A stretch of 35,507 nucleotides of DNA from Pelomyxa schiedti. Lineage: Eukaryota > Protista > Evosea. The notes below the pieces were generated by a model. The model was not told the origin of the DNA. It was given only the letters and a program-made list of their open reading frames with translations, and did not search any database. Below are positions 1-24,282 of this stretch, piece after piece. Location of the stretch: the NCBI GenBank assembly GCA_020536535.1, contig JAHLWZ010000971.1, positions 1 to 35,507 on the forward strand, written 5' to 3'. The position numbers were made by a program, and so were the translations under genes. How positions within the stretch are numbered: the stretch's first letter is position 1; each line of letters starts with the position of its first letter.

Positions 1-421
1 AGGGAAACACAGCCCCCAACTGAGTACTACCATCTCCACCTGGTTTGCCCTGATTCTGAGACCCTGGTGAGGAGATTTCGAATTTTTGTGTGTTTTTTGG
101 GTGGAGTTAGTTTGAGCCCCAAATTGTTGCAACAGGGTAACACCAACAAAATGTTTTCATTTTTTATCGTTAACGGGTCTAACCATTGGTTGAAAAAAAT
201 CCTACTTTCAACTTTACTGCCGTCACATTCTTGTTTTGCTGCGTCCAAACAGCTTCGATTCCTTCCCTTTAGGCAGCATAATCTCCAACTGCACTTTGCT
301 TTTTTGAAGAAGCAACAAACACCTTCCATACAACCACGTAAGTGCCACGAGTAGGAGGCTCCTCTTCAGATTCTAGAAGGCAGGAATAAGATAGGTAGGT
401 AGGAGGTAATAATCATCATTT

Positions 422-732
422 ATGTGCCTGTCCCTTGTGGGAGTGATGGTACCATCTTTGAGTGCCCTTGTGGGTGACCAGTTTCATCCCACTCAAACAA
501 AGCAACAATCTTCTGCGTACACCTGGTATTATCTTGCAGTACAAGTTGGAGGATTGCCGACTGCCATTTTACTTCCGCTTTTGCTTGATGCCCTGCAACC
601 ATGGTGTGCCTTCATTACAGCTTTCGTGGTTTTTATGATCGTAGTAGGTAGGTAATGTTCAATGAATGAACATTGCTTACCAGCTATGGAAACGATGAGC
701 ATTGCTGTGCCTTCTGTGCCAAATAAACCTTA
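422..732 (+). pseudogene. Fragment of a POT/PTR (proton-dependent oligopeptide transporter, MFS) gene, about 3 TM helices
   Basis: ORF 422-655 reads VMVPSLSALVGDQFHPTQTKQQSSAYTWYYLAVQVGGLPTAILLPLL, matching the PTR2-family 'KPnvsafg-DQF...ffnwfYf.invG' region. A probable intron (~648-683, GT..ttaccag) leads to a stop at ~732. No upstream or downstream transporter helices are recognisable. Confidence 0.5.
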
Positions 733-2880
733 AAGGAGAATTAGTAAGTGAGAGGTGAAAATGAAAAACTCACACAACTGGCTGCAAATAACATGAGAGT
801 AGATAGTAGCAGAATGCTGCACCCCCACAGAGATAACACTCAAGTGACTTGCAAAAGTATCCGCAGAAGCACCGCCAATTAGACCCGATCCACACGTAAG
901 AGCCAGTCTATGTGCCTGGTGTATGTCCTTGGCAAGACCACCCACACCTTGGCTGTGATGGCATGCAAGGCGGTACATTGCATTAGCACTTCCGCCATCA
1001 GCGGCCCTCTGCAACAGTGTCACGGCCTTGCTTGCGTCCCTGTGATCACCATCGCCAATTTCATACCACAGACCAAGGTTGCACAGTGCGTCAGCGTCAC
1101 CAGCATCAGCAGCCCCCTGCCACAGTGTCACTGCCTTGTGGGTGTCCTGCTCAACCAATGCCATAGTAATAACATAAACTGAGACCAGTCGTTCCAGTAG
1201 CATCACCAGCGTCAGAAGCCCTCTGATAAAGTTTCGCTGCCTTGGCCTGCTCAGCACAATCATAATCACTGTAACCCAAAGCAAGGTTGCAAATTGCCGA
1301 AGTAAAACCAACATCAGCAGCCATCTGGTACAGTGTCACTGCCTTGCTGGTATCCAGGTCACCACAAACACCACGCTCCAAGCACACACCAAGGTTGAAC
1401 AGTGCCGCTGCATCACCAGCAGTAGCAGCCCTCTCCCACAGTGTCACTGCCTGCTACCATCACCTTTGCAATAACAGGAGCCAAGGTAGCGCATGGCCGT
1501 GACCTCACCGGCATCAACTGCCCTCTGGAACAGTGGAACTGCCTTGTGCACATCCTTTTTAACACCCCCAACACCGTTCCAGAAGCATACACCCAGATAC
1601 GTTACAGCAGACATACACCAGTTAATCTGACTGGCAGAACAAGTGGCCACGATGGAGGGATTGCTGCTGTGTTCATGAACACTTGATGATCCTGGGGCTG
1701 GAATCTTTGCACTCATTTCACCAAATATGTGTGCTGTGGATGATGAACATTGGCCATTTTGCAAGTTGTCTGAACCCCAGCAATACAAATTCCACAGAGC
1801 AACAAAGTACATGGACAACGACTGTTCTGCTGTTGTGGATGATGGTGGTTGTTGATGCTCCGTGTTTCCTCTCAATGATGCCGCTGACACGAGGTCAGTC
1901 CATTCTTGTTCTGAGGTTCGGCTCGCATAAGTCATCACACGCTTGCAATGTGTTCTCATTTCTCCTTGTGTGAAGGAGATGGCGCGAGAGAAAACCAGAG
2001 ACAGGCACGTTGGAATGCCACTGATGAAGTGATAATTTGTTGTTGGTCGGAGAAAACAAAGGAAAGATACACGGCACACGACACGATGGATACTGATCAT
2101 CTCAGATTCAAACAAGGAGGATGTGTTGGCAACAAGAGTGATTGCAGAGTCAATGTTTCCCACTTGCAACTCAAAAAGTGCCTCCATCATCATCTCGTTT
2201 CTTGTGTTGATCGGACTGTGTACGAATGCCATTCCTTGTTGGAATGTACCCTAGAAAGATCAATTTCTTCTTCACAAAATGCCTCTAAGTCAACAATCAA
2301 CCATGGATGTTCAAGAAAAATGAGGCACACCATATGGCTCACACACTCCTGCACATTGGTCACATCCCACAGGAGACTTTGAAACAACACAAGCAACAAT
2401 TCTTTTTCAAGATGAAAACAACCAAAACAGAAAAAAAGACAGACCACCTTGATGGGATCTTTGACATGGCCAGCATAAAGAGTTTTTCAGACTGAAGACC
2501 ACTGCTGTATAATGCAGAGCCATTATGTTTGTGGTTTTTGAGAAATGAGACACCCAGTGTCTTCTTTCAAAGGCTGCTGAAGTTCCTACTGGAAACCTCA
2601 GGCCAAAGGTGATTTGTCTAGCACTTGCTCCTCCCAAATACAACATCCATCCATGGTGCTGATCCAAGGGTGAAATGAGCTTGTATGTGGTGCAAATACA
2701 TACATTTTTGGTTGATGGTCATGCAAAAACCCTGTGAATGGAAATGTGAAAGAAGCTACATTGTGCTCCTTGGAATGCAATCTCAGGTGGAACTGTGCCC
2801 AGAAACATCTCCCAATTGATCAGAGTGCTGAAGAATCAATCCTCCATCTCACAACTGTTCTCTCAACCTGCAGACACACA
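730..2880 (-). pseudogene. Sel1-like repeat (SLR) protein, frameshifted
   Basis: ORFs 1444-2232, 1151-1447 and 730-1314 contain 36-aa SEL1 units (AVTYLGVCFWNGVGGVKKDVHKAVPLFQRAVDAG; ALFNLGVCLERGVCGDLDTSKAVTLYQMAADVG; ALCNLGLWYEIGDGDHRDASKAVTLLQRAADGG). The frame breaks at ~1447 and ~1153 without splice signals. The 5' part (2232-2880) is degenerate and its limit is uncertain. Confidence 0.8.
1017..1610 (-). repeat. ~108-nt tandem coding repeat (SEL1 units)
   Basis: The anchor gtgtcac(t/g)gcct occurs at 1017, 1125, 1333 and 1441, giving spacings of 108, 208 and 108 nt. Confidence 0.8.
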
Positions 2881-2958
2881 AACCATGCATCTCAACCAAT
2901 GCAGCTTGATTCGCGGATTTGATCAAATCTGATCGCCATAATAAACAGCAAGGGCAGG

Positions 2959-3965
2959 ATGTCGTCTGAACCTTGTTCCAGCGGGGCCTCTGTCTCTGCC
3001 GAGAGACCCCACACTACCACGCAACCACCACCGCAACAACCGGCGATAACCACAACAGCAACTACAAGAGGGCAGCAGCAAGGCAGGGACAAGGGCGGGG
3101 ACAGCCGAGCCGCCACCACCACCACCAACACCACGCACGACGGCAGCGAGGGAGAGGGAGCGGGATGGGAGCAGGAGTGCGGGGTGTGCTTGGGGGCGAT
3201 TGGGTGCCGCGGCACCCTGGACTGCTGCGACCACGCCTTTTGCTTCTTGTGCATCATGAGGTGGTCCCAGGTACGTGCCGTGCCGTGCCGCCTAGAAGTA
3301 GTGTTATTGGCAAATGCGTTGGTTTGTGTGTGCTCTAGTTTATATCGACGCCAACATATGTTACGTAATTTCTTAATTTTCAAAAAAAAAAAAAAAAGGA
3401 AAGCAACACTTGCCCTGTTTGTAAGGCTAGATTTGGGTCTGTTCTACGGCAGGTTCCTTTTTAGTTTTTCTTTCAAACTTTTTTTTTTTACATTTCAGGT
3501 TTTAACAACTGTTTCAGCCTGAAACTGCTGGAGAACCTACGGAAAATCTAGTGTTTCCAGTTGAGTTAAGAGACCAAAAGCCTGCCGTAATGACACTTGC
3601 TGAGTATTATTTGGTTATGGAGCCCAATGTATTGTTTGCGCTTCTTTTACCCTGAGTTCAAGGCTCACCCAGTTCAGCCTCCTGCCATTTCCCCTAGCGG
3701 ATGTCTTTTCCCAACCGCGCCACGAGATGAGGAGGAGCACTATGAAGGAAATGAAGAATTAGTATCGTTCTTGTGTGACCCTGACGATACCGAAGCTCTC
3801 TCTTTGTGCCCCAGTGCTCCGTCACATCTATCTGTTGTGGACTATTTGGATTCTCTGTCGCACTATTCCGAAGATGATGACGAAACCGACGCGACCAATA
3901 CAACAGAACTGCCTTCCACGCATTGGAGCTCGAGAACAGCAAAAATTCCAGAAATAAAGAGGTGA
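2959..3965 (+). CDS. C3HC4 RING-finger protein (putative E3 ubiquitin ligase), multi-exon
   Basis: Exon 1 ends CGVCLGAIGCRGTLDCCDHAFCFLCIMRWSQ|gtacgt (3271). Exon 2 (3399-3452) gives ESNTCPVCKARF, completing the RING. Further exons lie at ~3518-3628 and ~3663-3965 (acidic tail). The 3' end may splice onward to ~4056. Confidence 0.85.
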
Positions 3966-4337
3966 AAGCTATATCTTCCCTTATCCAGCACTTAGAAGAC
4001 CCAGAGCTAGGACTTCCAAGTCTCTCCCATTAACCACAAGGAGCCTTCCAAGGTAGACAACTACCCAACATCATCAAATAACCCGACCCTCTCATAGCAC
4101 TGTTATCCCGAAAGTTGCCATCAAATTACCCATTCCAAATTCTTGTCAAACCAGCCCTTGTATATCCAACACTACTTTTCCTCTTTCCAAGTCCTCACAG
4201 ACAACCCCCACACTTAATAGCAAGGCAAAGCAAGACACACACCAAACAAAAAGGAAACAACCTCCATGCACACACTAGAAAAGTGTTTGGGAAAAGAATA
4301 AATAAATTTACATTGTACTACTAGTTGTATAATAAAC

Positions 4338-16981
<12,644 letters not shown>

Positions 16982-17144
16982 GGTTTGGTGGAATCTTCAG
17001 TCTGGTTCTGAGAGTGCCCATTCCCTATGTGATGCCACTTTTTACGATGAGGAATACCCTCCTTCTTCACTGAGTAACAGGGTAGGATGAGGGTGGCCAG
17101 CCCCAAGTTGCCCGGATAAAAGCTACGAAAATCCATTTAAGCGA

Positions 17145-18788
17145 ATGGCACTGTGGGCGGTTTTGATCTTTTTTGTGCTGGTATTGGGTGCCTGTTGTTA
17201 TGACACTCTCAACGGAAAGGTAGAGACTCTTCTCTCTCCTAAACCTTTATCACTCCTCCCACAATTGTTATTTGCTTCTGTCTCCCTCGTCCACAAACCC
17301 CACGCCCAATCCCCACCCACAATTCTCATTGTTTCTTCAGTTGATGGTAGGGTACCAAGGCTGGTTTGCTACGAATTACAGTGGCATGAATTGGGCACAT
17401 TGGAGTAGCAATGGTCAGGCCCCAGAACCAGGCACCTCTTTGGTTTTTGATCTATGGCCTGACGTGTCTGAGTATGCCAACTTGTACCAGACCGATTTGC
17501 ACTTTAATTCGGGTACGCTCCTGTTATCTATCATGGGAAAATTTTGTTAAGATATTTCATGTACTGTTGCTCATTTCACTTTGTTTTTCTTATCGTCGTC
17601 AGGTTTGCAGGCAGAACTTTTCACTGCCTATGACTATCAAACTGTGGACACTCACTTTAAGTGGATGATGGAATACGGCATAGATGGGGCCTTCTTACAA
17701 CGCTTTGTGTGTGAACTTACAAATCCCACTACCCTCGCTTTCCGTAACCAGGTTATATTTCACAAAAAGGACCCTCTTGTCCAATTGGGTGTCGTAGGTA
17801 CTCTTCAATGTTAAGCAAGCAGCAGAGAAATACAATGTAACATTCACCGTCATGTACGACGTGTCTGGTGCCGACTCCACAATGTTTCAAGTAATGATGG
17901 TAACGAAAAGCTGTAACAGCGCGTTGTATATTAATCACATTAAAGGATGATTGGGCATGGTTGGTGGCTGAAGGCATAACTACATCTTCAGCATACCAGT
18001 ATCACAACGATCGGCCAGTTGTAACAATATGGGGATTTGGCTTCAATGACAGAACTATCGACCATGACTCCGCGTTGGATCTTGTCCATTGGTTCAGGAA
18101 TCAACAGACAGTTCCAATGGGAGGAGTCCCGTATGACAACAGTACTGCATTTTTTCTCTTGCTAAACATAACTAAGGTATTACTGGAGGACTGGCGATCA
18201 CGACAGCTGGCCTGGATGGGAGGATGTCTATGACGCCTTTGAAATCATCTCTCCATGGGCTGTTGGAAGGTTGTCCTATCTCCAAGTATATATTCCTCAC
18301 CCATTTAGATATGACTCGAATGCCGCTTTTGATAAACTCCTGAGAACTCAGGTAGCCGGTGATGTTGAATACCTCCACGGAAAAGCTGATTATGCTCCAG
18401 TGGTATGCCTAAACCTAGTGCTTCTTCAAAACTCAACTTCATTTAAAGATATTCCCGGGTTTCAGCTGGGCCAACCTCCAAAATGATCCCTCCATTTATA
18501 ATCAAATACCAAGGAATTGCGGACAATTCTTCAAGGTTGGCAGAGAAGGAAAAATATTCTAAGTGTAACCCTTCCCAGTACCAAGGCAACCAATTGCTCG
18601 GAATTGAACACTTATTCTTGTATGTGGCAATGTTCGACGAGGTGAATGAAGGCACGGCAATATTCAAAGCAGCTACGACACAATCCAGCACTCCCTCTGA
18701 TGCCAAATTCCTATATCTCGATGTTGACGGTTGTACCATGAACACTGATGACTACCTTGTGTATGCTGGGCAACTTAGTCAAGCATAA
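17145..18788 (+). CDS. Secreted glycoside hydrolase, GH99/GH71-like family, multi-exon
   Basis: Signal peptide MALWAVLIFFVLVLGACC. Spliced motifs DTLNGK|LMVGYQGWF, FDLWPDVSEY, TVDTHFKWMMEYGIDGAFLQRF, RPVVTIWGFGF, DYAPV..PGFSW, and YVAMFDEVNEGTAIFK (ExxE catalytic motif). The 3' end could extend to ~18846. Confidence 0.85.
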
Positions 18789-19065
18789 ATCCATTCCATT
18801 GGAAATCACCCACCAACCAAGAACCCGTTTTTCCCCCTCCTGGTGATATTTTGAGTGCAAGAAAACAAAAATGAAAATCTTGTGTTTTACCCTGTGATAA
18901 CTGAAGGGAGTTGGTTATGGGAAAATGCAAGGTTTGTTTTCAGTAAAGTGGAAGGAACAGAGTGCCTCTATCGCAGTAATGAGTTGTGTGTGATGTGGAG
19001 GTTTGTGGTGGGAAAGTTTTTGACCAACTAGGGTCTTGCTTTTCGCAGTATTTTGCCGGTTAAAT

Positions 19066-20249
19066 ATGTCAGGGAGCCGAGTTGGTGGGCACGTGACGGG
19101 TTTGCGGCTGAGGGTACGCCACAACAGCAGTGCGTTTGTCGTAGATCTGGACAGTGAGGCTTCGGTGGGTCTGTTGAAAGTGGTCATTGAAGAAAAGACA
19201 GGAATGTCGGCTAGAGATCAGTCCAGTGTGCCTTGTCCCTACCCCCTTTTTTTTTCCCTTTTTTTTTTTTTTTGTCTGCGGAACAACCACAAATTCGTGT
19301 TGCCTTATTTTCTAAGCGAATTTGTGACAAACTAGTTCTGTGTGGCTATCCACCAAAACCTCTGTTGGAACCTGATGGCAAGTTACTGATAGAATGCAAC
19401 ATTAGGGACAATGACCAAATCACTCTAACAAATAAATCAAGTCATGGCATAAAACAAGGATTCTCCTCGGAGCCCTATATCCCTCCAAGTAATTGATCCT
19501 CAACGGGTTTAAGTGGGGGAATGTAAGATGAAAATCTAACCAGGGAAGTGAATGACAGGAGTATTGTAGTTTGCCGTGAAGTTCCTGGCGACAACTCTTG
19601 CCTTTTCCATGCCGCAGCGTAAGTGAGTAAGATTCTTTTTTCCCCCACTAAAGACTTTGCTAGGTATGTACTAGAAGGCAGGCAACGGACCAGTGGGCCG
19701 TGCATGCCAATTCGAATAAAGATTGCCGAAGTTGTTGCTGCACACCCCCAAAAGTTCACTACAGATTACTTGGGAATGCCCAACACAGAGTACTGTTCAA
19801 GAATTCGAGACCCTGGATTTTGGGGAGGTTTTGATCACATAGTGCCAAAGCAAATTCTGACCAAAAGAATAGGTGCAATTGAGCTTTCTATTTTATCATT
19901 TTTGTTCAGTGTGGAAGTAATAGTTTTTGACCTAACCACGGGCAGTACTCCTTTATGCTATGGTGTAAATGAAGGATACACCCGGTTTTCAATGTTAATG
20001 TACACAGGTAACTTCAGTACAAGAGATGTAGACTAATTAATTATCCTTTTCAATCCAGGAAACCACTACGATGCTCTAGCTATGACCGCACTTTACGGAA
20101 GTCCAGAGAGTAATGACAAAGTAATTTTTGGAGTTTCTGACAAAAGCAAGGCAATGGCGAAGGTAAGAAAATTCAAAAAAATCCTTTCCTTATCCTGGCA
20201 GGTTTTGGATTTTCTCGTTTCAGAGAGAAAGAGGCGCATGGGCCATTGA
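19066..20249 (+). CDS. OTU1: OTU1/YOD1-like deubiquitinase (N-terminal ubiquitin-like domain plus OTU domain), multi-exon
   Basis: UBL region LRLRVRH..VIEEKTG..VLCGYPPKPL. Catalytic REVPGDNSCLFHA (~19575-19615), WGG|AIELSILS and MYTG|NHYDAL. Ends VLDFLVSERKRRMGH* at 20249. No C-terminal C2H2 finger seen. Confidence 0.88.
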
Positions 20250-20361
20250 TTTCCGTTCTGCCCTGGCTTGTTGTTTGTTTAACTACGCTGTAGAACCTGA
20301 CATCCCTTCAGTTAACTAAATGCACTCTAGAACTTAAAAAAACCACTACTTTTTTCTGTTG

Positions 20362-21952
20362 TTACACTTCCTTACGCAGCCATTGCTGGCTTGTGGCAGT
20401 CGAACATGTCTGCTGCAACAGCTGACTACCCTCAGTAGTGGACTCACCACTCACATCCAAGCACATTCCACTGTGTGAAGCAATGAGCTGGTAGTAATTG
20501 CTACCAGCAGAGACCATCTTCCACATTTGGTTACTTGCACCAGAGCAGGTGTACTGTATGACCTTTGCCCCAGCCTGTGTGGATGCATCACTCACATCCA
20601 TGCATTTGCCACTGTTCTGATTCACAATGGAATAGTAATTCTGGTCCTGTGTGGTGGTGAATTCCCACTTTTGATTTGCACCTCCATCCAGTTCCCACTG
20701 TATCACGTTTGCACCATCACTTGTTGACGCACCATTGACATCAGCTACATACCCACTCTTGGAGTTTGTCAAAGTGTAGTACTGCGGGAGAACGCCGTCG
20801 GCCCATAAGCCTGTGTCCGTGTCTATTGTCCAGCTCTCGTAGCAGAGCATGGAGACCGTCGTCCCTTGAATTGTCAGGGGTTCCCAGACATAGCGAGAAT
20901 TCGCGAGGTCGGTGGAAACCCACCTGTCTCCCAGGAACATGTAGGTGGTGGACATAGTGCCGGTTATGGGAAGGATGAACGTGACCTGTGAGTTGCAGGT
21001 GTTTGTGCCAGAAGGCGCGAAGCTGGACCAAGAGGACCAGGGCCCAGAAATCGACGAAGCGGTGGAGTACTGGTTGTCATTGGTGCTCCAGCCAGTCAGA
21101 TGGGATCCAAACATGAAGTAGGTCCCTAGCATTCAGCAGTTAGTTCAATAAAATTCGACGTTGTTAATGCTAAATGTAAACTGTGGGTGTAGATAAGTCA
21201 ATAATAGAAACCGAATTAAAAAGTTGATGGCACGAGGTTCGGCACGCACCATCCTTCTTTAGAAGAGCAGGTGCCTCGTACTGGTTAAGCGACACCACCA
21301 AGGACTCTATTGTCAAGTAGTCCCAAGACAGGGCATACACCTGCAGCCTAGCCTCGGTCCTGTCCTCGCTCACAAAGTACGCCGCCGCGCCCCCGCCCTC
21401 GCCCTCGCCGTCGTCGTCCCTCCACAGCGTGCAGTCCAGGCTGTCGTGCGTCCCCAGCGGCTTCACGCTCCCGAGGTACGTGTAGTTGCCGCAGACCGTG
21501 GCGCACGTGGCGACGCCGGCGCGCCGCTCGCTGTAGCTGCTGTCGTCGACGTGCATCCACAGCACCCACGTCGCCGTCGCGTTGTTGTAGGCCACGTGGG
21601 GCCGCTCCACCACGCGGTCGGGGCCCAGGTCGCCCTGCGACTGCCTGGTCAGCACGTGGTTGACAAAGTCCCAGCGCCGCAGGTCCGTCGACGAGTAGCA
21701 GTTGATGTTCTGGAACGCGCTGCCGTATGTCTTGTCCTCGCCCAGCCAGTACCACGTCGTAGTCGTAGTCGCGGCGGCTGAAGACGACGAGGGGGGGGGC
21801 ACTTGGACTACGACTCCTTCTCCGTGGGCCTGGATGAGCACGTCGTTGGTGTCATACCATGGCGACCCTGGCATAATCTCGACGGGCGTCGAGTGCACGA
21901 CGACAGCTAATGCCCACAAGGAGCAAACAACACACAACGGCACCGGGGTCAT
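20362..21952 (-). CDS. Secreted GH43 subfamily 24 exo-beta-1,3-galactanase-like enzyme with C-terminal ricin-B (CBM13) lectin domain, 2 exons
   Basis: Signal peptide MTPVPLCVVCSLWALAVVVHS. GH43_24 motifs IQAHG, WYWLGEDK, VVERPHV, WVLWMHVD, YFVSEDR, EAPAL, NSQVTFILP and FLGDRW. Three QxW repeats (ANQKW, SNQMW, SQQW) with CMDV/CLDV. One intron at ~21129-21248 joins KKD|GTYFMF. Confidence 0.9.
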
Positions 21953-22179
21953 TCGAGGTCGAAGCGGTTTCAATAATTTGGGGGAAAATTTGCCCCATCT
22001 CGCCACAACCAACAAAAAAACCCAACCACAGGTAAATGATCTATCAAGAGGAGGCGATACTATCAAGAGGAGTGGTGCTGTGAAGCACACAGCTGAGTAG
22101 AGTGACATTGTAAAATGCATCTATTTAGCAGATCTCCAAAAATAAAAAATAAAAAAGGGTGAACAACTGGGTGTGACAC

Positions 22180-24282
22180 ATGGATCCGGACGACACGGCG
22201 TGGTCAGATCCTACTAGTACGACGTCTAGTGCTTCGGCTGTTATCACGCCCACATTGGCGTTTTCTGAAGTGCCACCATCTATGGAGACGTCTACAGTAA
22301 TTCCTGCTGCAACTTGCTTGACGTCGTCGTCGTCATCATCGGTGCATAAAAATGAGGGTCCTAGGTTGTTGAATTACAGTGCCTTCAATTCACTTGCCAA
22401 ATCCAGTGCTAGTGCTGTGGCTGGTGCTGCCGGCTGGTGTTGCAGTATCGAGTTCCTTCCGTATTCGCTTCTCTTTAACCTGTGGGTAAGGTATTGCTCA
22501 AAGGGCTTATGGCGGTGGCAAAGGACTGTTGGGGCTTGATACTTTGAAGGTAAAGAACCGGAGAGATAGTGGATGTTCTCTGACTCTCTCTCTGTAGGTG
22601 AATAAGCGAAATGAAGGTGACGACAAAGAAGAATGGAATAAAGAACAACAGACAAGCTTGTGGCAGCGCCTATCGTCTCTTATTGGTAATCGAATGGAGC
22701 AAGGCAAAGTTTTACATACCTTTTCACGATTTTCTTCAGGAAAGGACATAGTTAGCCTTATTTCACTTCCGATATGGGTTTTTGAGCCCACATCATTCTT
22801 GCAAACAATGGCGGAACCACTTCAATACAGTGCCCTTCTGGATAAGGTTGATGTGTTTTGTATTTCCTTTTGGAACTCAGCCGTTATTCAGGCAGTGGAA
22901 TGTGAATGTGTACATGAAAAGCTTGCATACATAACAGCGTGGGTAACTGCAATGTACTCTCTTGCTGTTCGCACAAGTATAACTCTCCTTGGTGTTATTC
23001 TTGACTGATAATTTGATAAAGGGAAACCCTTCAACCCTCTCCTGGGTGAGACTTTCGAGGTAATTGCCAAAGATGGCTCTTATCGCTTTTTGGCAGAGCA
23101 GGTCTCTCAACCGTTATTCGTTTCCTTTTTCTCAATAGCCTTGCAGGTCAGTCATCACCCTCCGATATCGGTGAGTACCTTGATGCTTTTCTCGATTCTT
23201 CAACCTTAAAACAGGTAGCAAAAGTGTGGGCAGAGAAATGGTGGCTCGTTTTGGAGCTTCATGTTTGTACAAAATTCTATGGAAACTCACTCGAGGTCAC
23301 AATTGAAGGAACGAACCATTTCCAAGATCTGCAGTCAGGAACTCATTTCACATGGGGCCATCTGAGGTAAAACATTTACTTTCTTTTGCCTCCACTTATT
23401 CTCGCAAAGCACCACTGCCCACAATTTGCTTCTTGGTTCAGTTTGGGTAGACCACTGGGGAGACCTAACAGTTAGGTCCTCTACTGGTGATTATGCCAAT
23501 GTTCGTTTTGAGAAGACTGGTTGGATGTCCGCTGGTAAGATTTCAATTCTTTGACACAGCAATCTGACTTATTATCAGGAAGATATCAAGTTTCTGGAGG
23601 AATATTCGATGCCAGCAACGTGAAAGAAATGGAGCTCAGTGGGAAATGGAATGAGTCGCTCTGGGCACACAGGGTTCATCGTAACGACTCAGGACGAGAC
23701 TGCGTGCACGATACACTTTTGTGGGCTTTTGTTCCAGAGCCTGTGCACCCCAAGTAGGTTTTCATTTGTGAACAAACTCTCTCACCCTTGATAGATTCAA
23801 GATCAACAAGTTCGTTCAACAAAACCTTCTTGGTATTAGTTTTAATGTTGGCTAACCAAGTCTAACATGCCTCAAGCCATTACGGCCGAGCAACGAGCTG
23901 TCCTACCCCCACTGACAGCCGTCTCAGGCCAGATCGCTTACAGTTGGAGTTAGGAAACACAGAAGAAGCAGCAATGCATAAAGTAAAGATGGAGGATATG
24001 CAAAGGACAGAAGAGAGGGCCAGGCGAGAAAGTGGCAACAAGTGGATACCTGCTCATTTCGAGGTTTGTCCAAACGGTCTCTACGTTCTTTCTCACGGTT
24101 GTGTTGTCAACAGAAAACTGCCTACGGTACAGACGGACACGTTTGGGTTCGTAGTATCCCCTATCTCTTGTTGTCGGTTTTGATCTGATCGACTCCTTAA
24201 CCAAAAGGAACTTTGCTCGGCCTACTGGGAAGAGAGGGACAAAAGAGAGGCTGCCTACACAGAAGAAAAGCATAGTCCGTAG
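22180..24282 (+). CDS. Oxysterol-binding protein (short ORP, ORD domain only), multi-exon
   Basis: ISLPIWVFEPTSFLQ, KPFNPLLGETFE (~23024-23059), EQ|VSHHPP signature, LSGKWNE, LPPTDSRLRPD, K..MEDMQR, and a final exon ELCSAYWEERDKR..* ending at 24282. Confidence 0.92.

Noticed and set aside
1017-1610. Regularly spaced repeats resembling a CRISPR array
   Set aside because: The 108-nt period corresponds to 36-aa SEL1 coding units. There are no constant repeats with unique spacers and no cas genes.
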